Shown: piece by piece, positions 55,457-64,000 of the stretch | Numbering within the stretch: position 1 is the stretch's first letter | Layout of the letters: each line of letters opens with the position of its first letter | From: Clostridiales bacterium | GTDB lineage: Bacteria; Bacillota; Clostridia; Christensenellales; CAG-138 | Length of the DNA: 64,000 nucleotides | Direction: 5' to 3' | Assembly: GCA_918244965.1 (NCBI GenBank) | Contig: CAKJYC010000016.1 | Location: 8,526-72,525, forward strand | The notes under the pieces: model-generated | What the model saw: only the letters and a program-made list of their open reading frames with translations | Databases searched by the model: none | Told to the model about the DNA's origin: nothing | Position numbers and translations under genes: made by a program

Positions 55457-57540
55457 TGGAAGTCCTCCTCATTCTTGACCGAAGGCAGCACGCTGTAAAC
55501 GATCAACGAAATGACCGATACCACGATGAAGACCAGGATACCGATGACGGAAGCCAGATAGTACTGTGCGCCGTCCTCGCCGAAGCCTTTCTGCGTGATG
55601 TTGAACAGCCACGTGATCAGCAAGTCCGTATCACCGGGGTTACCGGCGCCGTTGCTGAGGTTCACGTGCGGGCCGCCGCCCGTCAGCAGGTAGATGACGT
55701 TGAAGTTGTTCATGTTGCCCGTAAAGCTGGTGAGCAGGTACGGACCCGTGATGAACAGCATGTACGGAAGCGTGATCTTACTGAACTGCTTCCAGCCGCT
55801 CGCACCGTCGATCTTGGCGGATTCGTACAGGTCCGCCGGAATGTTCATCAAGATACCGGTTGCAATCAGCATCAGGTACGGGATGCCGATCCAGATATTG
55901 ATGATGATGACCATGATACGTGCAAGCGTCGGTTGGCCCCAGAAGTCGATCGCCGTATGGATGATGCCGAGGTCCATCAGGAAGCCGTTGAACAGACCGT
56001 TCAACGTGAACATCTTGGAGACGTACAACAGCGAGATGAACTGCGGGATCGCGATCGTCATGATCAGGATGGTTCTCCAGACCTTCTTCAGGTGGATGCC
56101 CTTCTTGTTGATCATCATGGCCACGCCGATGCCGAGGAAGTAGTTGGTGAACGTTGCAAAGAATGCCCAGACCAGCGTCCACAGCAGGATGTCGCCGAAC
56201 GTCGCCGAGTAGTTGACGCCGCCGACGTCCCACGAGAACAGGGTCTTGAAGTTGTCAAGCCCGACCCAGTGGAACAAGCCCGTGTCGCCGCCGTTGTGTC
56301 CTGAGCTGTAGTTCGTGAACGCAACCAGGATCATGAAGATAATGGGCAGGACCGTAAAGACCACAATGCCCAGCGTCGGCAGTGCCAGCAGCGTCGTGTG
56401 GAACCGATCGTCCACCATCGAGCGCAGGTCCTGCTTGCCGCTCTTCAGCTTCTTGCCGCTCTTTAAGATGCCCTCTGCGATCTTGTTCTGACGGATGTTG
56501 ACACGCCACGTATAGATGAACGCGATGATGAAGAAGATCGTCAGAACGCCGTAGAGCAGGATCTGGAACGAGTTGTGTTCGCCGGGGATGACCGTTTCGA
56601 CCTCTCTGAACCTGCCGGGCATGTATTCGACCTTCTCCATGACCTTCTGCGGTCCCAGGGTGCCCAGGGACGGCAGCAGCGAAATGTACTTCGCGCCCAT
56701 CAGGATCATGTAGCCGATGAATACGATCTCAAACAGCAGGAACAGAATACCTCTCAGGATCTGACCGCGGGCAATGTTGCCGAAGCCCATGACCAGATAA
56801 GAGATCTTGGTTTTCCAATCGCCGTGAATGAAGGTCGTAACGATGTCCTTCGCTTCGTTGGCGACGCTGAGACCGAACTTCTTGAAGAACAGACCGATCT
56901 TCTTGATGCCGTTCCAGATCGCCTTCGGAATGTTGACCAAAAACCGGATAAACTTGTAGAACAGGCGTTCGCCCTTATCCAACTGCAGGAAGTCCTTATC
57001 ATCCAGTTTGCCGCAAATATTCAGGCGAGTGACTTCGACGCCCTGTGCCGCCGCTTCCTCCGCCGTATGCTTGTTTCTCTTCTGTCTGCCGAGCAGGCTG
57101 AAAACGCCGCCGAGCGCCGTGCAGATGCCGACTGCGGCAAGCAGTGACCCGATCACGACCGGCGAGGTCAGCTTATCCTTCTTTACAAGCCCGTCTTCGG
57201 CGGTCTTAACAAGATCTGTTACCCCAAGCTTTTCCGCCGCGGCGAAAATGATTTCCTTATTGTATGTTTCTACCTTAACAAGTCTCGGTTCCCCGTTATC
57301 GGTTTCCGTCGCTTCCGGTTCTTCGGATTCCGGCAATTCGGCTTCCTCAAGCTCCGACGCTTCCGCTTCTTCGGCTGCCGCAACTTCTGCGGCGCTCTCC
57401 TCGACGTACTCTACCGTCGTACCCAGAGAAAATGCCTTCAAAGCGAGCGCGTTGCGGATAATCATGGGACAGCCGATGCCCAACAGAATTGCGCCGATCA
57501 CCAACAAGGCTATCGCCGGTGCCAAACTGTGTTTCCTCAC
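55453..57540 (-). CDS. Sugar ABC transporter permease (MalF/GanP-like) with a roughly 370-aa N-terminal extension
   Basis: 695 aa. C-terminal core with the EAA loop ESAKIDGASGWKQF. The N-terminal part has extra TM helices and an acidic stretch EEAEASELEEAELPESEEPEATE. GTG start with a GGAGGTG RBS. Confidence 0.8.
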   Translation of the reverse strand: MRKHSLAPAIALLVIGAILLGIGCPMIIRNALALKAFSLGTTVEYVEESAAEVAAAEEAEASELEEAELPESEEPEATETDNGEPRLVKVETYNKEIIFAAAEKLGVTDLVKTAEDGLVKKDKLTSPVVIGSLLAAVGICTALGGVFSLLGRQKRNKHTAEEAAAQGVEVTRLNICGKLDDKDFLQLDKGERLFYKFIRFLVNIPKAIWNGIKKIGLFFKKFGLSVANEAKDIVTTFIHGDWKTKISYLVMGFGNIARGQILRGILFLLFEIVFIGYMILMGAKYISLLPSLGTLGPQKVMEKVEYMPGRFREVETVIPGEHNSFQILLYGVLTIFFIIAFIYTWRVNIRQNKIAEGILKSGKKLKSGKQDLRSMVDDRFHTTLLALPTLGIVVFTVLPIIFMILVAFTNYSSGHNGGDTGLFHWVGLDNFKTLFSWDVGGVNYSATFGDILLWTLVWAFFATFTNYFLGIGVAMMINKKGIHLKKVWRTILIMTIAIPQFISLLYVSKMFTLNGLFNGFLMDLGIIHTAIDFWGQPTLARIMVIIINIWIGIPYLMLIATGILMNIPADLYESAKIDGASGWKQFSKITLPYMLFITGPYLLTSFTGNMNNFNVIYLLTGGGPHVNLSNGAGNPGDTDLLITWLFNITQKGFGEDGAQYYLASVIGILVFIVVSVISLIVYSVLPSVKNEEDFQ

Positions 57541-57562
57541 TTATACCGCACCTCCTTCTGAA

Positions 57563-57599
57563 TTAAAAGCGGTTGGAGCCGTTTTCGCGGCTCCAACCG
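57563..57599 (-). terminator. Intercistronic hairpin/attenuator after the binding-protein gene
   Basis: 12-bp stem CGGTTGGAGCCG/CGGCTCCAACCG. The minus strand continues with CTTTTAATT. Confidence 0.5.
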
Positions 57600-57665
57600 A
57601 AATCCGTTCGACTCGGATCCGGTAAAGCCCTTATTCGGAACTTTCGGATCAGATCGAATCCTTTA

Positions 57666-59825
57666 TTATGCCGCCGGCTCAAGGGTCAGCGTCATGTTGT
57701 TGAGATCGAGCTTGACAATGTAATTGCCGTCCGCTTCAACCTTCAGATTGCCGCCGTCCTGCACGGGTGCGCCGTCTTCACCGGGTCCGAAATTGACAAC
57801 CCAGTCACCGTTCGCGCGAACCTTGAGTTCTTCATTAGCGTGGAGTTCAAGCGCTTCAGATTCCCAAACGCCAACTTCCGTCTCCGTCATTGCAAAGTCG
57901 GTATCCCAGGAGGTGCCGCCGATGCCGCCGATGGCCGCCCAGGTCATCTTCTCGCAGGTCAGAGAAGCTTCTGCCTCATTGAGGACCACGAGGTAGGTGC
58001 CGTCTTCCTCAGCAACGAGGTTTGCGCCGCCCGCTTCGCAGTTCGCGCCGTAGTTGAGGTCCCATGCGCCGTCCGCACGGACTTTGAACTCTTCGCCCGC
58101 ATGGAGCACGACCGGAGCATAGAAGACGCCGTCCTTCTCGAACATCGGGAAGTCGGTATCCCAGTTGGTGCCGCAGATCGCGCCGATCAGCGCCCAGGTG
58201 TGGGTTGCGCCGGGTTCGGGTTCGGGTTCCGGCTCAGCAACGACCGCATTGCCGTTTGCATCGAGCAGATCGAGGGTCAGGTTGTTGGTGTCGAGCTTGA
58301 CGGTGTAGGTGCCGTCTGCCGGGACCTTGATGTTCGCACCGCCTGCTTCGCAGTTCTCGCCGTAGTTGACATCCCAGCTCTTGCCCTGACGGACTTTGAA
58401 CTCTTCACCTGCGTGGAGCTCAAGCGGTTCGGAAACGAACACGCCAGCTTCGGTCTCATTCATCGGGAAGTCGGTGTCCCAGTTGGTGCCGCAGATCGCG
58501 CCGATGACGCCCCATGCGGTCTTCTCTTCCTCTGTCATGGTGAACAGAGCAGCGATCTTGTTGTAGTAGTTGTCCAGAGCTGCCTGGAGGCCCGCTTCGT
58601 CGGTTGCCGCCTTGACGTCGTCACCGATGACCTTTGCGATATCCCACCATGCGCCGTGGATCTGGCCCTGCGGACGGGAGTACTCGTTCTGCTTGAGCAG
58701 CGCCGCGAGACCCGGATTCGCCTGGACTGCTTCGGAATGCTGTGCATTCAGGTTCGACGGACCCCAGGAAAGCTCATTGAAGCGCTCCATCTGGCGTTCT
58801 TCGTCGGTGAGGTACTCAGCGAGCAGCTGGAGTGCGAGGAGGCGGAGCGCATCGCTCTGCGGCTTGACACCCATCAGCTTGCAGCCGTTGAAGGAACCGA
58901 GGTGATACTCCTTGCCGTCCACTTCGAAGGAGGGCAGGTCCGTAACGCCCATGTGGTCACCGAGCAGGCCGCTGATGACCTCATAGTTCCAGGTACCGGT
59001 CACGACGATCGCAGCATCGCTGTTGAACTCGTCGCCGGAGGAGGAAGAAACATGGAACTTGGAGTCAACCAGCTTCTTCATACCCTTGACAGCGATGAGG
59101 CCCTCAGGGCTGTTGAACGTGTCGAGAACGGAGATGAACTCACCGTTGTCGCCCGTAGTCCACTCAGACTTGCAGCCGGTTGCGAAGAACCAGGACGCAA
59201 TGTACCAAGCAGAGGTGTTGGTCTCGAATGCGAAGTACTTGCCTGCCGCTTCGCAGTCCGCGATCAGCTTTTCAAGAGAATCAACGTCCTCCTCCGGGAT
59301 GACGGTCTTATCATAGTACATGAAGTAGCCGTTATCGGAGGTCAGCGGGTAAGCATACATCTTGTCGCCCGTGGTTGCAGCTGCAACAACGCCGGGGTCG
59401 TTCGCTGCCTTCACGATCGCAGCCGCTTCGTCGTCGAGCACTGCAAGTGCATTGCCCTGAACAAGACGAGCAAACTGGTCCTGCGCGAAGCAGTAGATGT
59501 CTGCGCCTGCGGAGACGTCAACCAGCATCTGGTCTGCGCTCGTCGCTTCGGACACGCCGTTGACGGTCGCAACAAACTTGATGCCGAGCTGGTTCGTGTT
59601 GTTGAAGTTCTCGATCTGCTTCTTGGTCAGATCAACGGCAGCTTCGCCAACCCAAACAGTAATGTCATACGTGCCTGCCAGCGGGCTGTCAACTGGTTCG
59701 CCCTGCGGATTTTCAGCGGGCTTTTCAGTTGCGTCTGCGGGCTTCTCTTCGTCTTTCTTTGCGCCGCAAGCAACGAGTGCAAGGACCATCAAAAGAGCGA
59801 GCAGAATTGCCAATGTTCTTTTCAT
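57666..59825 (-). CDS. Extracellular solute-binding lipoprotein (CycB/GanS/MalE type) fused to three C-terminal beta-sandwich-like repeats
   Basis: Start at MKRTLAILLALLMVLALVACG (lipobox). The N-terminal roughly 430 aa is family-1 SBP-like. The C-terminal 284 aa is three repeats of about 85-105 aa. Confidence 0.8.
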   Translation of the reverse strand: MKRTLAILLALLMVLALVACGAKKDEEKPADATEKPAENPQGEPVDSPLAGTYDITVWVGEAAVDLTKKQIENFNNTNQLGIKFVATVNGVSEATSADQMLVDVSAGADIYCFAQDQFARLVQGNALAVLDDEAAAIVKAANDPGVVAAATTGDKMYAYPLTSDNGYFMYYDKTVIPEEDVDSLEKLIADCEAAGKYFAFETNTSAWYIASWFFATGCKSEWTTGDNGEFISVLDTFNSPEGLIAVKGMKKLVDSKFHVSSSSGDEFNSDAAIVVTGTWNYEVISGLLGDHMGVTDLPSFEVDGKEYHLGSFNGCKLMGVKPQSDALRLLALQLLAEYLTDEERQMERFNELSWGPSNLNAQHSEAVQANPGLAALLKQNEYSRPQGQIHGAWWDIAKVIGDDVKAATDEAGLQAALDNYYNKIAALFTMTEEEKTAWGVIGAICGTNWDTDFPMNETEAGVFVSEPLELHAGEEFKVRQGKSWDVNYGENCEAGGANIKVPADGTYTVKLDTNNLTLDLLDANGNAVVAEPEPEPEPGATHTWALIGAICGTNWDTDFPMFEKDGVFYAPVVLHAGEEFKVRADGAWDLNYGANCEAGGANLVAEEDGTYLVVLNEAEASLTCEKMTWAAIGGIGGTSWDTDFAMTETEVGVWESEALELHANEELKVRANGDWVVNFGPGEDGAPVQDGGNLKVEADGNYIVKLDLNNMTLTLEPAA
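57669..58520 (-). repeat. Three tandem protein-domain repeats at the C-terminus of the binding protein
   Basis: R1 TAWGVIGAICGTNWDTDFPM...HAGEEFKVRQGKSWDVNYG; R2 HTWALIGAICGTNWDTDFPM...HAGEEFKVRADGAWDLNYG; R3 MTWAAIGGIGGTSWDTDFAM...HANEELKVRANGDWVVNFG. R1 and R2 are joined by a PEPEPEP linker. Confidence 0.85.
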
Positions 59826-59847
59826 ATGTTTCCCTCCTAAGTGAATT

Positions 59848-59862
59848 TGGTATTTGATACCA
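59848..59862. promoter_or_regulatory. Palindromic 15-mer in the binding-protein leader (candidate operator)
   Basis: TGGTATTTGATACCA (TGGTAT-N3-ATACCA), 23 nt upstream of the ATG and downstream of the predicted promoter. Confidence 0.35.
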
Positions 59863-59931
59863 GTATGAAAAGATTCCACCAGGGATCGCGGCATTCTCAA
59901 AGAGGGTGCTTCGGCCCCACGATGTAACTAT

Positions 59932-59960
59932 AATATACTCACATTTGTCCTCGTTGTCAA
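59932..59960 (-). promoter_or_regulatory. Sigma-70-type promoter of the transporter operon
   Basis: Minus strand reads TTGACA (59960-59955), 17-nt spacer, TATATT (59937-59932). Confidence 0.55.
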
Positions 59961-60096
59961 CCAAATTTTTCGTCATATCTGAAACAAAATCTGTTAGATT
60001 TGCAAAAGAATCGCGGATGTCGGTCCGTCGGAGAAGAATCGCCGTTCCGGTCCCTGCGTACATTCATTTTTATGAATACCGGCCATGCAAAATACC

Positions 60097-60134
60097 GTAT
60101 AAAAAAACACAGAAAGGACGAAAACCGTCCTTCC
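60097..60134 (-). terminator. Rho-independent terminator of the GH53 gene
   Basis: AAGGACG/CGTCCTT stem. The minus strand then carries a long T run (the plus-strand A11 at 60097-60107). Confidence 0.65.
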
Positions 60135-60158
60135 CGAAACAGAATTTTCCTCCAAAGA

Positions 60159-62132
60159 TCAGGCTTCGGAATTCAGCAGACCGTCGTCGATCTTGCCCCA
60201 CGCGCCGCTGCCCGCGCCGCTGCATTTCACCGAGATGCCGACCGTGACCGTCTGGCCGTCTTTGACCTCGATGCCGTGCACCGTCTGCGTGTCCCAGTTG
60301 CCATAGGACGTGATCTGCATCGGCGTGCGGCCGACCTCGACGCCGTCAACGAGCGCGTAGCAGTAGATCTCCGTATCGCCCGCGTCGCCGCCCATGATCG
60401 AGATCGTGAACGAATATGTGCCCGCCGAAAGCCCCGTGACCTCCTGATACAGCGAGAAGTTGACCGAGTCCTTCGCCGCGCTCCAGAAGTGCATGTGGTA
60501 CGTTCCGTTCAGCGAGTCGGTGATCTTCTCTTCGACGTAGAGCTGATCCGCCCCGCCGCGGTCCTCAGTCTTCCACGGATCGAGCACGCCGTCCTCGAAG
60601 CCGAAGTTCTGCAGGAAGTTGAAGTTGATCATCGAAACGATCGCGCGCGCCGGAAGGCCCTCCGCCGTGCCGACGATCTCATAGGTCTTGACGCCGCCCT
60701 TGTACATGGCGTCGATCTCGGCGTCGGTCACATTCCACGCGACCGGGACCGCAACCGTCTCGTTGCTCGTCAGCACCGCGTCGACCGTTTCCGGCAGCTC
60801 GATCTTCCCTTTCAGGTCAAAGGCCAGCACCGTATCGGCGATCGCGTCCGCCCGCGGCTCGACCTCGTTGCCGTAGCGCACGAGGTTCCATACCTTCAGC
60901 GATTCGAGCGGATTCCCGTCCGGACCGAACATCGCCTGGTTGTCGACCGCGCAGCCGCCGTAATACTTGCCCGCGTCGTCCGGATCGTAGCTGCCGCCGT
61001 AGCTGGACGCCCAGCCGGAGCCATAGGTCTCCCACTTCTCATGGTTCGTCTCCCAGTCCTTTGTGCCGACCGTGATCCACGTGCCCTCCCAGTAGACGAC
61101 GCCGATGCCGTTCTTGACGTGTGCGACCGTGTCGATGACGTTGCGCACATGGTTCGCCTGTCCCTGCACCGTAAACGGATAGTCCTTGATGATGTTCGCG
61201 GATTCGTCCGAGATCGTGTTGCCCGAAAAGTCGGTGTCGACGCCGGTGTAGGCGTAGGAGGTCTCCATGACCATGACCTTCTTGCCGTACGTCTCGGCGA
61301 TGCCGTTCAGCACGTTCGCAAGGTTTTCGAGCGTGCCGTGCCAATACGGATAATAGGAAGAAGCAAGCACGTCGTAGTCGACCTCGAACGCTTCGAGCTT
61401 CTTTGCAAAGCCGTCGTATGCGCCCGCCCGCTCCGGGTTCGCCAGATGGATCGCGATCAGCGCATCCGGGCAGACCTCGCGCACGGCCTTGCCGCCCGCG
61501 TTCATCAGCCTTGCGATGTTCTCAAAATTCTTCTCGCCGCACAGCGCGCCGTTCGTTTCGTTGCCGAGCTGCACCATGCCGACGGCGACGCCCGCATCCT
61601 TCATCTGCATCAGCGCGTCCCTGGTGAACGCGTACAGCGCATCGGCCTTCGTTCGTACGTCCATATCCTTCCACGCGAGCGGGACCATCTGCTTTCCGGG
61701 GTCCGCCCAGAAGTCGGAATAGTGGAAGTCCACGATCAGCTGCATGCCGTACTTCGTTGCGCGCTCGCCGATCTGAATCGCCTTCTCGACGTCGTTGTTT
61801 CCGCCGCCGTAGCCGTGGCCGTCCTTGTCATACGGATGGTTCCACACGCGTACGCGAATGTGCGTGATCCCGTTCTCCGCAAGCGTTTTGAACACGTCCT
61901 GCTCCTCGCCCGCGAAATTATAATACTTCACGCCGCTCTGCTCCTCGGCAATGACCGAGGATGCGTCCATTCCCATGATAAAGTCGTCCGGCAGGTCCTC
62001 GACCTTTCGGACATACAGCGAGCTTCCCTCGATCTTTTGGGTCGGGATCACGCTCTCGCTCCCGCCCTGTTTGCCCGCGCATCCAATCAGCATTGCCGCC
62101 GCCAGCAGCAAGATCATCCACCTCTTTTGCAT
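60159..62132 (-). CDS. Arabinogalactan endo-beta-1,4-galactanase (GH53) lipoprotein with a C-terminal carbohydrate-binding-like domain
   Basis: 657 aa with lipobox LIGC. GH53 strings THIRVRVWNHP, DFHYSDFWADPGKQ, VQLGNETN and MVMETSY. The C-terminal roughly 180 aa forms a beta-sandwich-like module. Confidence 0.85.
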   Translation of the reverse strand: MQKRWMILLLAAAMLIGCAGKQGGSESVIPTQKIEGSSLYVRKVEDLPDDFIMGMDASSVIAEEQSGVKYYNFAGEEQDVFKTLAENGITHIRVRVWNHPYDKDGHGYGGGNNDVEKAIQIGERATKYGMQLIVDFHYSDFWADPGKQMVPLAWKDMDVRTKADALYAFTRDALMQMKDAGVAVGMVQLGNETNGALCGEKNFENIARLMNAGGKAVREVCPDALIAIHLANPERAGAYDGFAKKLEAFEVDYDVLASSYYPYWHGTLENLANVLNGIAETYGKKVMVMETSYAYTGVDTDFSGNTISDESANIIKDYPFTVQGQANHVRNVIDTVAHVKNGIGVVYWEGTWITVGTKDWETNHEKWETYGSGWASSYGGSYDPDDAGKYYGGCAVDNQAMFGPDGNPLESLKVWNLVRYGNEVEPRADAIADTVLAFDLKGKIELPETVDAVLTSNETVAVPVAWNVTDAEIDAMYKGGVKTYEIVGTAEGLPARAIVSMINFNFLQNFGFEDGVLDPWKTEDRGGADQLYVEEKITDSLNGTYHMHFWSAAKDSVNFSLYQEVTGLSAGTYSFTISIMGGDAGDTEIYCYALVDGVEVGRTPMQITSYGNWDTQTVHGIEVKDGQTVTVGISVKCSGAGSGAWGKIDDGLLNSEA

Positions 62133-62145
62133 TGTTTTCCTCCTT

Positions 62146-62697
62146 TTATCGCAGTGTCAGCAGTCTCTTCGCGACCGGGATCGCGGCGTCGTCCGCCGAG
62201 TCGTTCCATGCACCGAGATGCAGGGAATCCTTGTTGAAGCACAGATAGCAGCGCACGTCCTCATAATAGGTCAGCCAGTCGCCCGCGACGGCGAACCCTT
62301 CCGCAGGATCGGAGATCAGGATGCCGTATGCCTTTCCGTCCGCCTCCCAGAACGTCTCGTTCGGAAACGCGCTCTTGTCGATCGGCGCGAACGACGCGTG
62401 ATACTGCTCCATGTTCGGCTCCGGGATCAGGTACAGATCGCCCTTCAGCACCTCCCGCGGGTCGAACAGCTCGCCTTCAAAGGTGGCCGATTCGATAAAC
62501 CGGACAGCCTCCGGCGTCTCCTCCTCCAGCCAGATCGACAGGTTGTGGCTGTCGATCGACGGCAGCTGCGCGTACAGCACGACCTTCTTCTTTGCGGGCG
62601 CGGCGAACAGCAGCGTGAAGATCCACGACCAGACGATCACGGACATCAGCGCCCAGAGCACATAGCGGTGCCAGTTTCGCAGAACACTCTTAATCAT
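62146..62697 (-). CDS. Hypothetical single-pass membrane protein
   Basis: 183 aa with an N-terminal TM helix (VLWALMSVIVWSWIFTLLFAA). No family recognised. 8-nt overlap with the upstream ORF and 13 nt upstream of the GH53 gene. Confidence 0.5.
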   Translation of the reverse strand: MIKSVLRNWHRYVLWALMSVIVWSWIFTLLFAAPAKKKVVLYAQLPSIDSHNLSIWLEEETPEAVRFIESATFEGELFDPREVLKGDLYLIPEPNMEQYHASFAPIDKSAFPNETFWEADGKAYGILISDPAEGFAVAGDWLTYYEDVRCYLCFNKDSLHLGAWNDSADDAAIPVAKRLLTLR

Positions 62698-63181
62698 CGC
62701 CGTTCACCCCGTATGCGACCACAAAATCGTACGACGCCTCAACCTCGCCGTCGAATGCGTCGGGCAGCCGGCCGGAAAGCGCCTCGCTGATCATCAGCGT
62801 CGTTTCACGTTCCTCGCTCTTCACGCGGACCTTGCGCACGCGGATGCCCTTGCGCACACGATAGACCTCGTCGGTCTTTTCGATGCGGCCGCAAAAGAGC
62901 TCGCGCTCGCCCTCCGCAAGCATTTCCCGGTGCCGGATGGCCGCCTTCGCGTCGCCGTACGCCGTGTGCGACAGAAAGATGACGATCCATCCCGCCAGGA
63001 TGGAGGTGCAGACCGTCAGCGGCAGCATTACGGTCAGATTCTTCCGTTTTGTGAACACGCAGAACAGCACGCAGGCCAAAAGCCCCGCCGCCGCGACCGC
63101 GATCATGGCGATCCCGGCCCGCTTTTTGCGTGCGCGTTCCCGTTCCAGTTCTGTTTCCAGATATAATTCGATGTGTTTCAT
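62690..63181 (-). CDS. Hypothetical two-TM membrane protein
   Basis: Start set at MKHIELYLETE (ATG at 63181). The longer track ORF to 63511 runs antisense into the GH13 gene and is low-complexity. Two TM helices, then a soluble C-terminal domain. Confidence 0.45.
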   Translation of the reverse strand: MKHIELYLETELERERARKKRAGIAMIAVAAAGLLACVLFCVFTKRKNLTVMLPLTVCTSILAGWIVIFLSHTAYGDAKAAIRHREMLAEGERELFCGRIEKTDEVYRVRKGIRVRKVRVKSEERETTLMISEALSGRLPDAFDGEVEASYDFVVAYGVNGDD

Positions 63182-63284
63182 ACGATGCAGTATACCATAT
63201 CCCGCGGAAAATGAAAAGCGAATCCTTGACAAATGTGTAAAAAAAATATACGATAATATGGATATCAGATGGGAGGTACAGACC

Positions 63285-64000
63285 ATGAAAGTATATCTGA
63301 AGACCGTCTCCGCGCTGCTGCTGGCGCTGCTGCTTCTGCTTTGCATCGGCTGCGGCAAGAAGGACGAAGCGCCCGCCGAAACGTCCGCGCCCGAACCGGC
63401 CGAGACCGAAGCGCCTGTCGCGGAGGAAACGCCGGAGCCCGCGCCCGTCATCAAGGAGGAGGTCGCGATCACCGATGCGAACCTCATGGGCTCGGTCCCC
63501 GCGCCGGACAATGCACGCGTATTCTATGAGATCTTCCCCGGCTCGTTCTCCGACTCGAACGGCGACGGCGTCGGCGATCTCCGCGGCCTCATCAACCGCT
63601 TCGATTATCTGAACGACGGCGATCCGGATTCGGGTAAATCGCTCGGCATCGAGGGCATATGGCTGACGCCGATCTATTCCTCCAACACCTACCACAAGTA
63701 CGACGTCATCGACTACTATGCGGTCGATAAGGCCTTCGGTACGCAGGAGGATCTGGACGATCTCATCAAGATCTGCCATGAGCGCGACGTCAAGCTGATC
63801 CTCGACCTGCCGATCAACCACACGGCGCGCGGATGCGAATGGTTCAAGGCCTTTACCAAGGCGCATCGCAACGAGGACCCGACCGATCCGTATTACGATT
63901 TCTATTCCTACTACCGCAAGGGCGAATCCGCGCCCGCCGGCCGCACGTTCTCGGCGCTGTCCGGCACGGACATCTTCTATGAGTGCAACTTCGACGGCGG
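63285..64000 (+). CDS. GH13 alpha-amylase-family lipoprotein (3' end truncated by the window)
   Basis: Open-ended frame, so absent from the ORF track. GGGAGG RBS. MKVYLKTVSALLLALLLLLCIGCG lipobox. FYEIFPGSFSDSNGDGVGDLRG and GH13 region I DVKLILDLPINHT. Confidence 0.8.
   Translation, partial: MKVYLKTVSALLLALLLLLCIGCGKKDEAPAETSAPEPAETEAPVAEETPEPAPVIKEEVAITDANLMGSVPAPDNARVFYEIFPGSFSDSNGDGVGDLRGLINRFDYLNDGDPDSGKSLGIEGIWLTPIYSSNTYHKYDVIDYYAVDKAFGTQEDLDDLIKICHERDVKLILDLPINHTARGCEWFKAFTKAHRNEDPTDPYYDFYSYYRKGESAPAGRTFSALSGTDIFYECNFDG

Noticed and set aside
63269-63529. The 86-aa plus-strand ORF and the 273-aa/353-aa minus-strand ORFs overlapping the start of the GH13 gene.
   Set aside because: The frame starting at 63285 has an RBS, a lipoprotein signal and GH13 motifs continuing to the window edge. 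The competing frames give low-complexity Arg/Gly-rich translations.

Overview
GC-rich chromosomal segment, by gene content from an anaerobic Firmicute of the Clostridia type (inference). I call about 60 protein genes. I recognised no rRNA, tRNA, CRISPR array, transposase or integrase. Gene order: rnf(D)GEAB-nrfA-resB-resC; a degenerate PRTase-like gene; dfx-rbr; a flavin-reductase-like gene; two convergent K+ uptake pairs (ktrBA, trkHA); a lipoprotein; the origin-type cluster rpmH-rnpA-yidD-yidC-jag-[288-nt odd spacer]-mnmE on the minus strand; a HicB/DinB-like gene plus mtaD; a histidine-utilisation operon (hutH-hutU-formimidoyltransferase-hutI-cyclodeaminase) running straight into the first of two tandem lipoprotein serpins; pepT, yjbQ; a zinc-ribbon protein with a 42-nt tandem repeat; fakA-fakB-GNAT; a histidine acid phosphatase; an aminotransferase; an ECF sigma/anti-sigma/paralogous-lipoprotein operon; MATE, nitroreductase, HAD and mtnP genes; a compact 3-gene RiPP-like cassette; a galactan-type utilisation locus (GH53, binding protein with three C-terminal repeats, two permeases, ATPase, GH2, GH36-like); and a truncated GH13 lipoprotein at the 3' edge. 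The best candidates for something new are: (1) a pentahaem NrfA nitrite reductase with no NrfH, encoded as the last cistron of the rnf operon and followed by cytochrome c biogenesis genes; (2) the cassette of a 33-aa peptide, a radical-SAM/SPASM enzyme and a PqqD-like protein at 47.1-49.0 kb; (3) a self-complementary element with eight CGATAT motifs between jag and mnmE; (4) the serpin pair linked to the hut operon. All homology calls come from reading motifs by eye. No database search was run.
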